Shown: positions 1 to 11,473, numbered from the stretch's first letter. The stretch: DNA of 64,000 bases from Candidatus Hodarchaeota archaeon (GCA_029856365.1 JAHQWW010000001.1:90568-154567); one strand, 5' to 3'. The notes: generated by a model not told the origin, from the sequence alone. Made by a program: numbers and translations.

Positions 1-253
1 TCGAGATGAGCTATTAGAAACATTCCCCCAACTGAAGGAAGAGGATGAATTATGTATCCATACATTTTATAAAGATTGGCCAGTGAACTATGCTTGTCAG
101 GGAAGTGACCTTTCTAATTTCTCATCCATAATTCCCAACCTTTTCTTTGTGGGAGACGGTCATAAAGGTAACGATGGTTGGATGATGACTGAAGGTGTCG
201 CCCACGGTGTGAAGCAAGTGGTTGAGAAAATCAATGAACAGAGGTCTGATTAG
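1..253 (+). CDS. C-terminal end of an FAD-dependent oxidoreductase (phytoene dehydrogenase-like), truncated by the window edge
   Basis: Manual translation of frame 2: ...DWPVNYACQGSDLSNFSSIIPNLFFVGDGHKGNDGWMMTEGVAHGVKQVV...*; the NLFFVGD motif is typical of the C-terminal FAD-binding segment. Not in the ORF track. Confidence 0.65.
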   Translation, partial: RDELLETFPQLKEEDELCIHTFYKDWPVNYACQGSDLSNFSSIIPNLFFVGDGHKGNDGWMMTEGVAHGVKQVVEKINEQRSD

Positions 254-441
254 GTTTTGCAGCCCAGTTATAATTTTTACGATCTTATAGTGATATAGAA
301 TACTGTTCATGATTAAAATATACTAGATTTAGATTCATATTATTAATGAGCCATTAATCCAAAAACATTAAATTAAAAGAAATTATTTTTATAGCGAAAG
401 AAAGATCACTCTTACAATCTAAGTCTTATCGGGGTTTGTAA

Positions 442-1728
442 ATGAAATTCCAACTCAAGAAGATATTATTAATACTTATTCTGCTTTTCTGCTCTGCATC
501 AACTAACTCTCTCTTTATCCTCTCTAATCGAGGAATAGCTAGTAGTAACCAGTCAATTCAAAGAATTGCTTTAATCTTGGATTCTTCTGAGTTTTATGAT
601 TCTTATTTTATCAATGATGTCTTAAATGGATTTGATCTAGTTAACCAAACCTACAATATTGATTATGACGTATACCAACTTACAAACTATACCTCACCAT
701 CAACATCTGGAGATGAGACAATAAATCGGTATCCGTATCGTGCAACCTATTACTACAATAACAGTGCTACTAATCATACCGAGTTGGCAAACGAGCTTGT
801 GGGAACAGCCCAATATGATCTAATTGTTTTTATAGGTTATGAGCTAAGACGGGAGAAAAAGGAGAATTACCTCCCAGTTCGTTATCCTGATACAAAATTC
901 CTTTATTATGATTTGTCTGGTGATCTTCCTTCTCATCCAGGAGACAAACTAGGAACTAATGTTGCAGTTGTAAGTTTCAATGAAAGTCATGTTGGGTTCA
1001 TAGCGGGAACTCTGGCAGCAGCAATGTCTCCTCTACCACAAAAAATTGCTATGATCGGTACCTATCGAAATAGTGTAGGAATAGAATTGGATGATCCAGA
1101 TGATCCTAAAAGTTTACCACCAGACCCTCGCTCGTGGCAACTTATCACAGGGTTCCAAAGTGGTTTTTTACGTAAATCTGCTGATGTGGAGTTTTATATC
1201 TCCTTTATAGATTATTACTGGAAAAATTGGTCTAGTTATACCAAAGCAAGAGGATTGGTTGAAGAGCTAGATGACCAAGGATATGAATTGGTTTTCGCAG
1301 CATTACAAAATAACAATACTTTAGGAGTAATTGATGGATTTACAGGATCAGTTGTTGCTGTGGATTCTGATCGAATTATCACTGATGAATTGGAACCATT
1401 AAAAGTTGTGAAAAATAATACTAAAACAATATTGACCATATTCGAAGCATTTAATCAGAGTCAGAATGGATTTCTTTCAGGAGAATTCACTTTTGGGCTA
1501 GCAGATAACATATTTTATCCAAGTGGTTGGGAAAGGAATGATTTTGATAGTGAAGACATTAATAAAATTATGGGAGAAATTTACACTGATGTGGTAATAA
1601 GTAAAGTTAAAATTCCTACAAGTATCAAACATGCAGAGAACACCCCCAGTTTCGAAATATTGACTATTTCTGGGTTAATATTATACTTATCAGCAACTAG
1701 ATATAATCGTAAGAAGAGAAAAAGGTGA
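442..1728 (+). CDS. BMP/PnrA-like substrate-binding surface protein with a C-terminal sorting signal
   Basis: N-terminal signal peptide; BMP-like segments (SFNESHVGFIAGTLAAAM, VVAVDSD, FTFGLAD); C-terminus TPSFE + hydrophobic helix + RKKRKR. Confidence 0.65.
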   Translation: MKFQLKKILLILILLFCSASTNSLFILSNRGIASSNQSIQRIALILDSSEFYDSYFINDVLNGFDLVNQTYNIDYDVYQLTNYTSPSTSGDETINRYPYRATYYYNNSATNHTELANELVGTAQYDLIVFIGYELRREKKENYLPVRYPDTKFLYYDLSGDLPSHPGDKLGTNVAVVSFNESHVGFIAGTLAAAMSPLPQKIAMIGTYRNSVGIELDDPDDPKSLPPDPRSWQLITGFQSGFLRKSADVEFYISFIDYYWKNWSSYTKARGLVEELDDQGYELVFAALQNNNTLGVIDGFTGSVVAVDSDRIITDELEPLKVVKNNTKTILTIFEAFNQSQNGFLSGEFTFGLADNIFYPSGWERNDFDSEDINKIMGEIYTDVVISKVKIPTSIKHAENTPSFEILTISGLILYLSATRYNRKKRKR

Positions 1729-1737
1729 ATAATTAGT

Positions 1738-2562
1738 TTGGATATTGAACCCTCTTCTAATGATGGTAATAACAGCATTGCTGTCATTGGAGGGTCGGGT
1801 TTCTATGATTTTTTAGAAGAACCATCAAAAATCTCCGTTACAACCCCTTTTGATTCTAAACCAGTGGTTATTTATCGTCAAGATCATAAAGGAAAGTTAC
1901 TATATTTTTTACCTCGTCATGGGAGAAATCATTCCATTCCTCCTCATAAAATTAATTTTAAGGCAAATATTTTTGCGATACACTCACTATCGGTTCCTCG
2001 AGTTATTGCAACAAGTGCTGTTGGTAGCTTACATACCTTGATAAAACCTGGAGATTATGTACTCCTCGATCAATTTATTGACTTAGTTAGGCCAATAACT
2101 TTTTTTGATGGAGATTTCAGTGTAGAATTGACGCAAGGAACCAAAATTTCTGGAGTTGTCCACCTGGATATGACTGAGCCGTACTGCCCCGAGATACGCA
2201 AAATTCTTTCAGTTATTCTCAAAGATGATCGAAGTACACATATCAAAGGAACTTATATGACAGCAATGGGCCCTCGTTTCGAAACGCCAGCAGAAATTAA
2301 AGCATTTCAGCATATGGGTGCTGATGTCGTTGGCATGACTAATTCTTCAGAAGCAATACTCTGTCGGGAACTTGGTATCTGTTATGCTGTTATAGCAGTA
2401 GTTACAAATATGGCAGCAGGCCTTCAAAAAGAAGTGAGTCACAAGGAAGTTATAGATATTTTCAAATCCCGCTCTGCTAATCTTAAACAAATTTTTCATA
2501 AGACTATAGCACAATTACCAAAATACAGGGGTTGTTCTTGCGCCTGGTACGTCAAAAGATAG
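1738..2562 (+). CDS. mtnP: S-methyl-5'-thioadenosine/thioinosine phosphorylase (MTAP family)
   Basis: IGGSG, RHGRNH, GPRFETPAE and VVGMT motifs; TTG start. Confidence 0.9.
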   Translation: MDIEPSSNDGNNSIAVIGGSGFYDFLEEPSKISVTTPFDSKPVVIYRQDHKGKLLYFLPRHGRNHSIPPHKINFKANIFAIHSLSVPRVIATSAVGSLHTLIKPGDYVLLDQFIDLVRPITFFDGDFSVELTQGTKISGVVHLDMTEPYCPEIRKILSVILKDDRSTHIKGTYMTAMGPRFETPAEIKAFQHMGADVVGMTNSSEAILCRELGICYAVIAVVTNMAAGLQKEVSHKEVIDIFKSRSANLKQIFHKTIAQLPKYRGCSCAWYVKR

Positions 2563-2741
2563 CATAAACTTTTTAGATCTTGATGTGGAAGTCATAAGAT
2601 CGAAAAATTTTTCTCCAGTTATATTACTAATAGAAAACAACAACTTAAAATTCACAGATTAATTCTAAAAAATGACGCTTTCTTTTAAAGGAATCTGTTA
2701 AATCAATTTCTCAAGAGAAAGAACAATGAAGGAATGTAACT

Positions 2742-3905
2742 ATGGTTAGTACACGGCATTTATTCACCTCAGAATCAGTTACTGAAGGCCATCCTGATAA
2801 AATGGCTGATCAGATATCAGATGCAATCCTAGATGCAATTTTGACAGAAGATCCTGATGCCCATGTGGCTTGTGAGACGTATTTGACTACAGGAATGGCT
2901 TTGATCGGTGGAGAGTTCTCAACGACGGCATACGTTGATATTCAAAATGTTGTCAGAGAAAAAATCAGAGACATTGGATATACTGACTCAAAAATGGGTT
3001 TTGATCACAATTCTGTTGCAGTTTTAAATGCTATCCATGAACAAAGCTCGGATATAGCACAGGGTGTCGAAAGACCTCAACCAGAAGATCAAGGAGCAGG
3101 GGATCAAGGTATGATGTTTGGATACGCTTGTAGAGAAACTGATTCATATATGCCCCTTCCAATTGTGCTGGCTCATGGCCTCACAAAACAACTAGCTAAT
3201 GCACGAAAGAAGGGGGAAATTTCTTGGTTACGGCCTGATGGTAAGTCTCAAGTTACAGTAGATTATAGCAATGGCAAACCTTCTAGTGTGACCACCGTTG
3301 TAATTGCCGCTCAACATACTGAAGAAGTCACCCATGACGAAATCAAGGAAGAAATCATGACCAAAGTAATTAAAAAGGTAATTCCTCCAAAATACTTGAC
3401 TGACGATACTGAATACTTTATTAATGAAACAGGACGTTTTGTTATTGGGGGCCCTCATGGTGATACCGGATTGACTGGACGTAAGATCATTGTGGACACA
3501 TACGGAGGTGTTGGTTCGCATGGTGGTGGTTGTTTCTCTGGGAAAGACCCCTCGAAAGTAGACCGTTCGTGTTCTTATGTTGCCCGCTGGGCAGCTAAAA
3601 ATGTGGTAGCAGCTGGGTTAGCTGATGAATGTGAAATTCAGATTGCTTATGCTATCGGTGTGGCGAAACCTCTATGTATCAACTTAGATACAAAGGGAAC
3701 GAATAAAATTCCTGAAATAGATATTTTACATTTGATCAAGAAGCATTTTGATTTTCGACCTGGAATGGTGATAAACAATCTAAAGCTCAAACGGCCTATT
3801 TACACTAAAACAGCTGCTTATGGTCACTTTGGTCGTGATGATCCCGATTTTACCTGGGAACAGACAGATGTAGCTCAGATTTTGCGTGAAGACGCAGGAT
3901 TGTGA
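2742..3905 (+). CDS. metK: S-adenosylmethionine synthetase, bacterial/eukaryotic type
   Basis: [28 protein letters not shown] and YGHFGR motifs. Confidence 0.97.
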   Translation: MVSTRHLFTSESVTEGHPDKMADQISDAILDAILTEDPDAHVACETYLTTGMALIGGEFSTTAYVDIQNVVREKIRDIGYTDSKMGFDHNSVAVLNAIHEQSSDIAQGVERPQPEDQGAGDQGMMFGYACRETDSYMPLPIVLAHGLTKQLANARKKGEISWLRPDGKSQVTVDYSNGKPSSVTTVVIAAQHTEEVTHDEIKEEIMTKVIKKVIPPKYLTDDTEYFINETGRFVIGGPHGDTGLTGRKIIVDTYGGVGSHGGGCFSGKDPSKVDRSCSYVARWAAKNVVAAGLADECEIQIAYAIGVAKPLCINLDTKGTNKIPEIDILHLIKKHFDFRPGMVINNLKLKRPIYTKTAAYGHFGRDDPDFTWEQTDVAQILREDAGL

Positions 3906-4293
3906 TTGTTACCAAAAATAATCCTCTTTTCAATAGAACTCTGGGTTATCAATTCCCATCCCAATTTGATCTAGTTTTATGATATTTTGAGTAATATTTT
4001 ATGTGAATCTTCAATCATAGAAGATTAAGAGGATTATCAATCCTATTTACGAATTCATTTGCAAAATGTTTTTTATAGAAAACAAAATAATTTGTTTAAT
4101 GAGTACTAAACTCACATTATTTGGGATAATTCATTTTCTTAACCTTTTGATTTTTTGGTACATAAATCCTTCAGATATGAAAAATCATGAATAATTAGAA
4201 TGATTAAATAATACAGATTGAAGAATGACTAATTTCTTGAAAATAAAGATATAAACATGAGAAAACGAAGAATAACCAATTATGGTGATATTA

Positions 4294-4485
4294 ATGTCGG
4301 AAATGTTAAAATGTCAAGTGTGTGATTATACAGAACCAATACCCATACACTGTAATCAACCAATGCATGTAGAATCAGTTGAGGGTGTAGAAAAATTAGT
4401 TTGTTGGATGGGTCCAGATTGCGGAGTGAAGGTACTCCCTTCCCACCATGAAAAAACAATGAAAATTATATCAATAGATGAATAA
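4294..4485 (+). CDS. Small Cys/His-rich putative metal-binding protein (candidate copper chaperone)
   Basis: CxxC-x8-HC...CWMGPxC...HH; paralogous to the N-terminus of the next gene; GGTGA SD-like motif before ATG 4294 (ORF track start 4282). Confidence 0.8.
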   Translation: MSEMLKCQVCDYTEPIPIHCNQPMHVESVEGVEKLVCWMGPDCGVKVLPSHHEKTMKIISIDE

Positions 4486-4502
4486 AAATTAGGTAATTTT
4501 CA

Positions 4503-7349
4503 ATGCCAGAATTGTTGAAATGTCAAGAATGTGATTTCACAGAAGCAGTACCAATACACTGCAAACAACCGATGCATGTGGAATCAGTTGAGGGTGAGGA
4601 ACTATTAGTCTGCTGGATGGGCCCTTCTTGTGGGGTACAAAAGATTCCAACTCATCATGAGAAACCAATGCTAATGGTAGATGATTCAGGATTACCAGAG
4701 CAGGAAAGTGTTGTTCAGGAATCTGACTTACTTCATCTTACAACAGACCCTCATGGGGAAGAGAATCTTTTGACGACTCCAATACCACCCTCTAAAGAAT
4801 CTCAGGTGGCAAATCTAGGAATTACAGGTATGACTTGTGCTTCCTGTGTATCCACAGTTGAAAAAGGATTAAGCAAAGCTGAAGGAGTTTTGAACGCTTC
4901 GGTCAATTTAATAACAGAGAAAGCTGCCGTTCAATACGATCCTACAATTACTAACATTGATAAATTAATTCAAGCTGTGAAAAGTGTTGGATATGGAGCC
5001 AAAGATATATCTTCTCCTCCAATAAGTGGATTAAAGACCATTGATCTAGATATTACAGGAATGACTTGCGCAAGCTGTGTTAATACTGTTGAATCCGCCT
5101 TAAACAAGCAAAGTGGTATAGCAGAAGTTGTCGTCAACCTAGCGACAGAAAAAGCTCGTATTACGTTTGATACTAAATCTATTACAGCAAATAAAATAAT
5201 TGATACCATAAAAAGTGTTGGTTATGGTGCTAAGAAGATATCTTCATATCGAATCACCTCTGAAGATAGAGAGAGTCTTGAACGAGCTCGAGAGTTACGA
5301 ATTCTACAATTAAGGTTATTAACTGCAATTTTTTTTAGTATACCAATTTTAATTTTTAGTATGGGTCCAATGATCGGATTATCAATTGACCTCCCCATCC
5401 CTGATAAAATTATACTTGGAATCAATAATAATACCTTGATAGTCCTGTTTCTAACTATTCCAGTTATGTTTGTCTCAGGTTGGCAGTTTCATTATGGAGC
5501 TCTGAAGGTTCTTCGTCGTGGACAATTTAATATGGACGTTCTTGTGTTTTTAGGAACAAATGCTGCTTTTTGGTATTCTATGATAAATATGCTTATTCTT
5601 GGCGGTGAAGAAATATTTTTTGAGACTGCAGCGCTATTAATTGCTTTTCTCCTCTTAGGAAAATATCTAGAAGCAAGAGCTAAAGGACAAACGTCAAAAG
5701 CGATTCGTAAACTTATTGATTTACAAGCAAAGGAAGCAAGTATTATTCGTAATGGTGAAGAAGAAAGTATTCCAATTGAGGAAGTAATTGTCGGAGATTT
5801 GCTTCTAGTTCGTCCTGGAGAGAAAATTCCTACAGATGGAATAATTCTTGAGGGTTCTTCCAGTGTTGATGAATCAATGATCACTGGGGAGTCTATGCCA
5901 GTTAAAAAAACAATTAACAACAATGTTATTGGAGCAACGTTGAATAAAACTGGATTACTTAAAATAAAAGCCACAAAAGTGGGTTCTGAGACCGCCCTAG
6001 CCCAAATTATTAAATTAGTAGAGGATGCCCAAGCCTCTAGAGCTCCAATTCAAAGACTTGCTGACGTTGTCGCAGGTCGTTTTGTTCCAGTAGTCATATT
6101 GGTTTCATTGATCACATTCATCTTTTGGTATGGTGGTGTCTCAATTAATATCCTACCAACTTCTTTATGGGGACAACAGCTTACCCATTTTATCTTTCCT
6201 TTTAAGCTCATGATAGCAGTATTAGTAATTGCTTGTCCATGTGCTTTAGGATTAGCTACACCAACTGCTATTATGGTTGGGACAGGAAAGGGCGCGGAAC
6301 AAGGAATTCTTATTAAAAACGCAGAAGCTCTAGAAGGAGCTCATAAAATCAATACCATAATTTTCGATAAGACTGGTACATTAACTAAAGGGAAACCAAA
6401 AGTAACAGATATTGTTGTCATAACAGATAACAGAGAAGAAGATGAAGTTTTGAGATTAGTCGCTTCAGTAGAAAAAGGTTCAGAGCATCCTCTTGCACAA
6501 GCGATCATTGAATCAGCAGAAGACAAAGAAATTGAATTATATGAACCAAAAGACTTCGAGGCAATTCCTGGTCATGGGATTCGGGCCAGAATTAATGGTG
6601 ACATTATTACAGTGGGTAATCGACGATTATTTGAAAAACACGGAATTCCAATAAATGATATAGAAAATAACATTAAAGCACTAGAGGAACAAGCAAAAAC
6701 AGTAGTTATCTCCGCAATAAATCAGAGACTACTTGGAATATTAGCTATTGCTGATCCCCTTAAAGAAACCAGTAAAAATGTAATTGAACAACTAAAACGA
6801 ATGGATATAGAAATTTACCTTGTTACAGGTGATAACGAACGTACTGCAACAGCAATTGCGTCTCAAGTAGGCATCACTAATATCATGGCTGAAGTTTTAC
6901 CTGAAAATAAAGCAGATATTGTCCAAAAATTACAAGAAGAAGGAAAAATTGTAGGTATGGTTGGAGACGGAATAAATGATGCTCCAGCTTTAGCCCAGGC
7001 TGATATTGGTATTGCTATCGGAAGTGGAACAGATATTGCAATAGAAACAGGTGATATTGTACTCATTAAAGAGGATTTAAGAGATGTCGTTGCTAGTATC
7101 CAGCTAAGCCGGAAAACTATTTCAAAAATAAAACAAAACCTTTTCTGGGCATTTTTCTATAATATGATCAGTATTCCTATCGCAGCTGGGATTTTATTCA
7201 TTCCATTCGGTATAACACTCGTTCCAGAGATTGCTGCCGCAGCCATGGCGTTTAGTTCGGTGTCTGTAGTGACGAATAGCTTATTGTTAAGGTTTTACAC
7301 TCCAGAGATCAAACGAAAAACACAAGGTTCGGTCAATCAAGGATTTTAA
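4503..7349 (+). CDS. copA: Cu(I)-translocating P1B-type ATPase with two HMA domains and an extra N-terminal Cys/His domain
   Basis: 2x GMTCASC, TGES, CPC, DKTGT, SEHP, GDGIND; YN and MxxSS transmembrane Cu+ ligands. Confidence 0.95.
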   Translation: MPELLKCQECDFTEAVPIHCKQPMHVESVEGEELLVCWMGPSCGVQKIPTHHEKPMLMVDDSGLPEQESVVQESDLLHLTTDPHGEENLLTTPIPPSKESQVANLGITGMTCASCVSTVEKGLSKAEGVLNASVNLITEKAAVQYDPTITNIDKLIQAVKSVGYGAKDISSPPISGLKTIDLDITGMTCASCVNTVESALNKQSGIAEVVVNLATEKARITFDTKSITANKIIDTIKSVGYGAKKISSYRITSEDRESLERARELRILQLRLLTAIFFSIPILIFSMGPMIGLSIDLPIPDKIILGINNNTLIVLFLTIPVMFVSGWQFHYGALKVLRRGQFNMDVLVFLGTNAAFWYSMINMLILGGEEIFFETAALLIAFLLLGKYLEARAKGQTSKAIRKLIDLQAKEASIIRNGEEESIPIEEVIVGDLLLVRPGEKIPTDGIILEGSSSVDESMITGESMPVKKTINNNVIGATLNKTGLLKIKATKVGSETALAQIIKLVEDAQASRAPIQRLADVVAGRFVPVVILVSLITFIFWYGGVSINILPTSLWGQQLTHFIFPFKLMIAVLVIACPCALGLATPTAIMVGTGKGAEQGILIKNAEALEGAHKINTIIFDKTGTLTKGKPKVTDIVVITDNREEDEVLRLVASVEKGSEHPLAQAIIESAEDKEIELYEPKDFEAIPGHGIRARINGDIITVGNRRLFEKHGIPINDIENNIKALEEQAKTVVISAINQRLLGILAIADPLKETSKNVIEQLKRMDIEIYLVTGDNERTATAIASQVGITNIMAEVLPENKADIVQKLQEEGKIVGMVGDGINDAPALAQADIGIAIGSGTDIAIETGDIVLIKEDLRDVVASIQLSRKTISKIKQNLFWAFFYNMISIPIAAGILFIPFGITLVPEIAAAAMAFSSVSVVTNSLLLRFYTPEIKRKTQGSVNQGF

Positions 7350-7540
7350 TAGATTTCATAGCCTGTACTATACAGGAGGGAAAATCATTTTTCGCATTCC
7401 GGGAAATAAACGATAGAATTATAAATTCCAAGGCTATTGAAATCACTTGATCAGAAAATTATTCTCCCTTAAATTTCCTCTAAAATAACTAGTCAGCACT
7501 TTTTAAGATGGTTTTCTGACTTGCAGGAATGGACTAAACT

Positions 7541-8545
7541 ATGTATGAAGCTGATCCGATCCAAAGTTTAGCCAATGTAGATTATTCTAGGGCTGAAACC
7601 TTTGGGGAAAGAGCTTGCTCACTTTCTCGACTAATATCTAAAGGTTACAACGTTCCTAACGGGGTAGTGGTGAGTACCAAGGTGTTTAAGCGTTTCTTAA
7701 ATCTACTTCCTGGGGCGAAGAGAATAGATCAGTTAATAAGCGAAGTAACCCCAGCTAATTTGGAAGAAACTGCTCGGGAAATTCAAGAAATCATTATGTA
7801 TTCCCCCGTTCCTATGTCAATGGCCAACCCAATTGCAGAAGAAATCTATAAACTATTAAACGAAATAAAATCTGATTCTGTTGTGATCAGAACATCAGCA
7901 CATGTTGAGGATTCCTCTAGGCATGTATGTTTTGGTCGTGGGGTTTACTTTCATTTAAAAGAAATTAGAGACATTATACAAGTGATGAAAAATTGCTGGG
8001 CTTCAGCATTCACAGTTGATGTTCTAAACGATTTGATACAGGCAGGGCTCCCTCCTGATAATGTGAATATAGCAATAATCGTTGAAGAGATGGTTTCAGC
8101 TAAAGTTAGCGGCATAATGTCTATAAAAAATGATATAAAAGATGTTCACATTCGGGCTAATTGGGGGACGTTAGTCCATGAAGGGGAGAATGGAGTCTGT
8201 TGTGATCACGTTATTGTAGATGAAGAGAAAATTGGTGAACCTGTTGAGACTTTCACTTCTTACAAGGAAAGGATTTCTAATATTCCCCCCAATAATCGCT
8301 ATGCTGTAATAATTGAAAACAAACCAGAACAAAAGAGAGAGTTGTCGTTAAAACAACAAGATATTACAACTCTCGTGCAATTAGCAAAGAAGATGCGCCG
8401 TGATTTTGAGGTAGATTATGATATTGAGTTTGTTTTTGATCATGATGGCTCATTATGGTTACTCGATGCCATTCCACGGGCAGCTCATCGTAATTTCTAT
8501 CGTATAGGCACCTCCGTTGTATCGCGTGAATCATCTAGGCGATAG
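7541..8545 (+). CDS. Stand-alone PEP/pyruvate-binding (PEP synthase N-terminal, ATP-grasp) domain protein, degenerate
   Basis: VPNGVVVST, RTSAHVED, CWASAF, IVEEMV, DIEF; no phospho-His swivel domain. Confidence 0.75.
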   Translation: MYEADPIQSLANVDYSRAETFGERACSLSRLISKGYNVPNGVVVSTKVFKRFLNLLPGAKRIDQLISEVTPANLEETAREIQEIIMYSPVPMSMANPIAEEIYKLLNEIKSDSVVIRTSAHVEDSSRHVCFGRGVYFHLKEIRDIIQVMKNCWASAFTVDVLNDLIQAGLPPDNVNIAIIVEEMVSAKVSGIMSIKNDIKDVHIRANWGTLVHEGENGVCCDHVIVDEEKIGEPVETFTSYKERISNIPPNNRYAVIIENKPEQKRELSLKQQDITTLVQLAKKMRRDFEVDYDIEFVFDHDGSLWLLDAIPRAAHRNFYRIGTSVVSRESSRR

Positions 8546-8680
8546 AGATTATTCACTATTTTTAGAATTTGTCACTCAATTTGAAAAGAATCATGCAGCA
8601 CTTTTTATCAGATTATCTGGAATCTGTTCTACTAAAGTGTTCCAATTTGGGAAGAATGGATTGGAGAAATTTTGGAGTAA

Positions 8681-10024
8681 TCAACTACCAAATAATGCTA
8701 GTTCTAAAGCTTCCTTGACAGGTGTTCGTAATTGATAAAACACTTCCCGTCCAGTTTTTGAATAAGTAACAATTTTTTCTTTTACTAGAGTTTGACATTG
8801 ATAGGTGAGAGAGGATTCTTTGATACCAGTTCGTTCTTGAAGTTCTGAACGTTTGATAATATTATTTTGTTGTGCTATAAGGAGTAATTCTTCAAGTAAT
8901 GGTTTCCAAGATAATGTAACACCTTTTAATTGCTTGAGAGATTGCATCAATGGAGAATTCCTGTTTTCAAGTACAGATTGAAGAACTGGCCATACTTTAT
9001 TACTAATTTCATGGTCGGTTTGATGCAATGAGTGGAAATCATGTTTGTATATAATTTTTAGTGCTGGACTAAATCCTAAATATTGTGCAATACTGTGAAT
9101 AAGTTCTGGGGTGACTTTTTGCCATGTTTCCTGATTTTCTAAGTTTGAAATTAAGTTCCTAACAAGCCATAGTGCTAATCCTGGTAATCCTAAGGAAAGC
9201 TCTCCAATTGCTTTCAATACTTCAGATGGTAATAGACTTGGTTTTCCTATGGATTCAGCTCTTCGTTTGATAATGTTTTCAATTTCAAGAGCAGAGGGCC
9301 GTTTAAAATGGAATTCAAATGGTTCTGTCTCAAAAATCTTAATTCTAGAGGTTTTTTGAGAAAGTCGTAGCCATTGATGTTCTATACAATTTAGAATAGT
9401 CACAATTAATATTTTATCATGGCTTGAGCGATTGATAAGATCTTCATAAGATTGACGTGTAAAATAGCTCCAAATTGGATATATGTTGTCGAAAAAAAAG
9501 ATTTTAGTTGAATTAAAGTCAGCTTCTTCCCACCAACTCCAGAAATTGGAATCATAAGCTCTATATTGTGTATAATCTTTCCCCCTATGTTGATTAAGTT
9601 CTGTAGCTATTTGTCGAACTGTTGTAGTTTTTCCACTCCGTTGAGGCCCGACTATTATAATTTGTGGGCATATTTCTTCTTCTAAAGAAGAAGCTTTCAG
9701 GATTTGGCCTAGCCTTTCACTTAATCTTAGCCCCTCTTTCGTGAAAACGAACGAATCTGGAGACTTTAAAACGAAGTTGTCTTTGAAAGCGTTGGCTATA
9801 GAGCGTGTTTCTTTGAAATGCTGCTTCCAGTCTTTTGCTTGCGATTCACCTTTTTTAAAGGCGTCATAAATGGAAGGCAGGATTATATTTCTCCTTAAGT
9901 ATGGCGATTTGTGAAATTTAAGTTCTTTGAGACAATAGTTGGAAAGAGAGCTTACATTAATCATGATACTTGAATCTTTTAAAATATTTGAAATTTGAAA
10001 TATCCGACAATATTCCATATCCAC
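8681..10024 (-). CDS. AAA+ ATPase with a C-terminal winged-helix (ArsR-like) domain, Cdc6/Orc1-like architecture
   Basis: Walker A GPQRSGKTT, Walker B-like FFFDN, C-terminal HTH ELQERTGIKESSLTYQCQTL...GREVFYQL. Confidence 0.65.
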   Translation of the reverse strand: MDMEYCRIFQISNILKDSSIMINVSSLSNYCLKELKFHKSPYLRRNIILPSIYDAFKKGESQAKDWKQHFKETRSIANAFKDNFVLKSPDSFVFTKEGLRLSERLGQILKASSLEEEICPQIIIVGPQRSGKTTTVRQIATELNQHRGKDYTQYRAYDSNFWSWWEEADFNSTKIFFFDNIYPIWSYFTRQSYEDLINRSSHDKILIVTILNCIEHQWLRLSQKTSRIKIFETEPFEFHFKRPSALEIENIIKRRAESIGKPSLLPSEVLKAIGELSLGLPGLALWLVRNLISNLENQETWQKVTPELIHSIAQYLGFSPALKIIYKHDFHSLHQTDHEISNKVWPVLQSVLENRNSPLMQSLKQLKGVTLSWKPLLEELLLIAQQNNIIKRSELQERTGIKESSLTYQCQTLVKEKIVTYSKTGREVFYQLRTPVKEALELALFGS

Positions 10025-10357
10025 ATAATATGCCTTAACAATAAGAAAACTGGTGCGTTATCATGGGATTTAACTAGTAAGAATCATTCTAAAAATCAAA
10101 AATGATTTCATACAGCTAATAGGAAGTTTAATTTACTCTTTTTTCTATTTTTAAAGAGGTATGATAATGTAAGGATCCTTTAGGAGTTACAGAGGAGGAT
10201 AAATCGAAAATGATCGAAAATATAATCCTGAGGGATAAATTCTTTTAGATCGCTAGTTCTTTTGTGATGATTGCATTTAATCACCTTGGAATATTGTACA
10301 ATGCATGACTCAAATCTTTCATTCTGGTTTCGGTGTTATTATCATATATTGGCTGTA

Positions 10358-11473
10358 ATGAACGCTTTGGGCTCCTTAAAGTGGCTTCTTCCATTTCTAT
10401 TCTTGCTCCATTTTCTCATAGGAGCTTTTATTCCTCCGTTAGTGACTACAGATTTCCAAAGAAATCTCTTTTATGGGAAAGCCTTCTGGGAATATGGTTT
10501 TAGTGTTTATGACATGACCCCATTAGAGATAGATAATCTGTACGACGTTCGTGATCCTCTCACAGGGGAATATTCTTATCCCAATACCACTTATGATTAT
10601 CCTACATTACAGTTGCTTTTCTGGGCAGGATTATCTCCTCTCCCCTTTTCGTCGATAATATCAAAGTGGATTTTATCATGTATTGATATCTTGAATTTCT
10701 TCCTAATTTATTCTTTAATATGGCGTCGACAAAATGAAGAAACAAAGCGGCCGTTTTTTGAAAATGGTTTTGCTCTTTCTTACCTATTTTTCTCTATCCC
10801 ATTCTCAGCTATTGAGGGACAATCAACTGCAATAACTATTTTATTTCTCTTACTCCCTCTAAGTTTACATAGTCAGAGTCAAATTTGTGGGTACTTAAGC
10901 ATTGGCTTTGGATTTCATTGGAAATATGTATCAGTCCTCGTTCTTCCTTATCTCCTGATATTAGATCGAGGTGTAATTAAAAAGGCATTATTGGGGCTGT
11001 CAACCGTAGTAATTAGCATAATATTACTTTCATTTCCAATTCTCTTTTCTAACTTCATATTACGTTTTTTCAGTTCTTTCGGTAATCTAGGGACGTACTC
11101 CGGTCAACTCCCTTCAAATCCTCTTTTTATATTTTATCCAAGTATTTCATCATTACTCTCGTCAGGAGTCCTGATTCTTGCATTCTTGTATTGGATAGGT
11201 ATTTTTCCAAGAGACAGGTCTATTAAAATAAGTGTTGATGGGGTTGCTGAGCGTATATATTGGCTACCATTACTATTATTTCTTGGATTTTTGAAAATCT
11301 ATATCACAGCGTTTCCTTGGTACTGGCTCTGGTTTTTTCCCTGTTTAGCTATCCTCCCACAGGCGGATCGGCGTTTATTCACTACTCTACTGGGATCCAC
11401 GATCGCCATCGGGCTGATTGATTTCATTCAGATGACAGTGGGGCTATCAACTTTTATAGGATTCTTTTCTTAA
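10358..11473 (+). CDS. Polytopic membrane protein, GT-C fold (GT87/PIG-M-like) glycosyltransferase candidate
   Basis: Many TM helices, TTDF and YDYPTL loop, EGQ, WKY and PWYWLW motifs; probable start 10358 (ORF track 10271). Confidence 0.55.
   Translation: MNALGSLKWLLPFLFLLHFLIGAFIPPLVTTDFQRNLFYGKAFWEYGFSVYDMTPLEIDNLYDVRDPLTGEYSYPNTTYDYPTLQLLFWAGLSPLPFSSIISKWILSCIDILNFFLIYSLIWRRQNEETKRPFFENGFALSYLFFSIPFSAIEGQSTAITILFLLLPLSLHSQSQICGYLSIGFGFHWKYVSVLVLPYLLILDRGVIKKALLGLSTVVISIILLSFPILFSNFILRFFSSFGNLGTYSGQLPSNPLFIFYPSISSLLSSGVLILAFLYWIGIFPRDRSIKISVDGVAERIYWLPLLLFLGFLKIYITAFPWYWLWFFPCLAILPQADRRLFTTLLGSTIAIGLIDFIQMTVGLSTFIGFFS

Noticed and set aside
122-310. 62-aa minus-strand ORF
   Set aside because: Antisense to the more credible oxidoreductase C-terminus at 1-253
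4970-7066. Short antisense ORFs within copA (and similar ones inside the ABC, gyrase and MTase genes)
   Set aside because: Shadow ORFs on the opposite strand of well-supported genes
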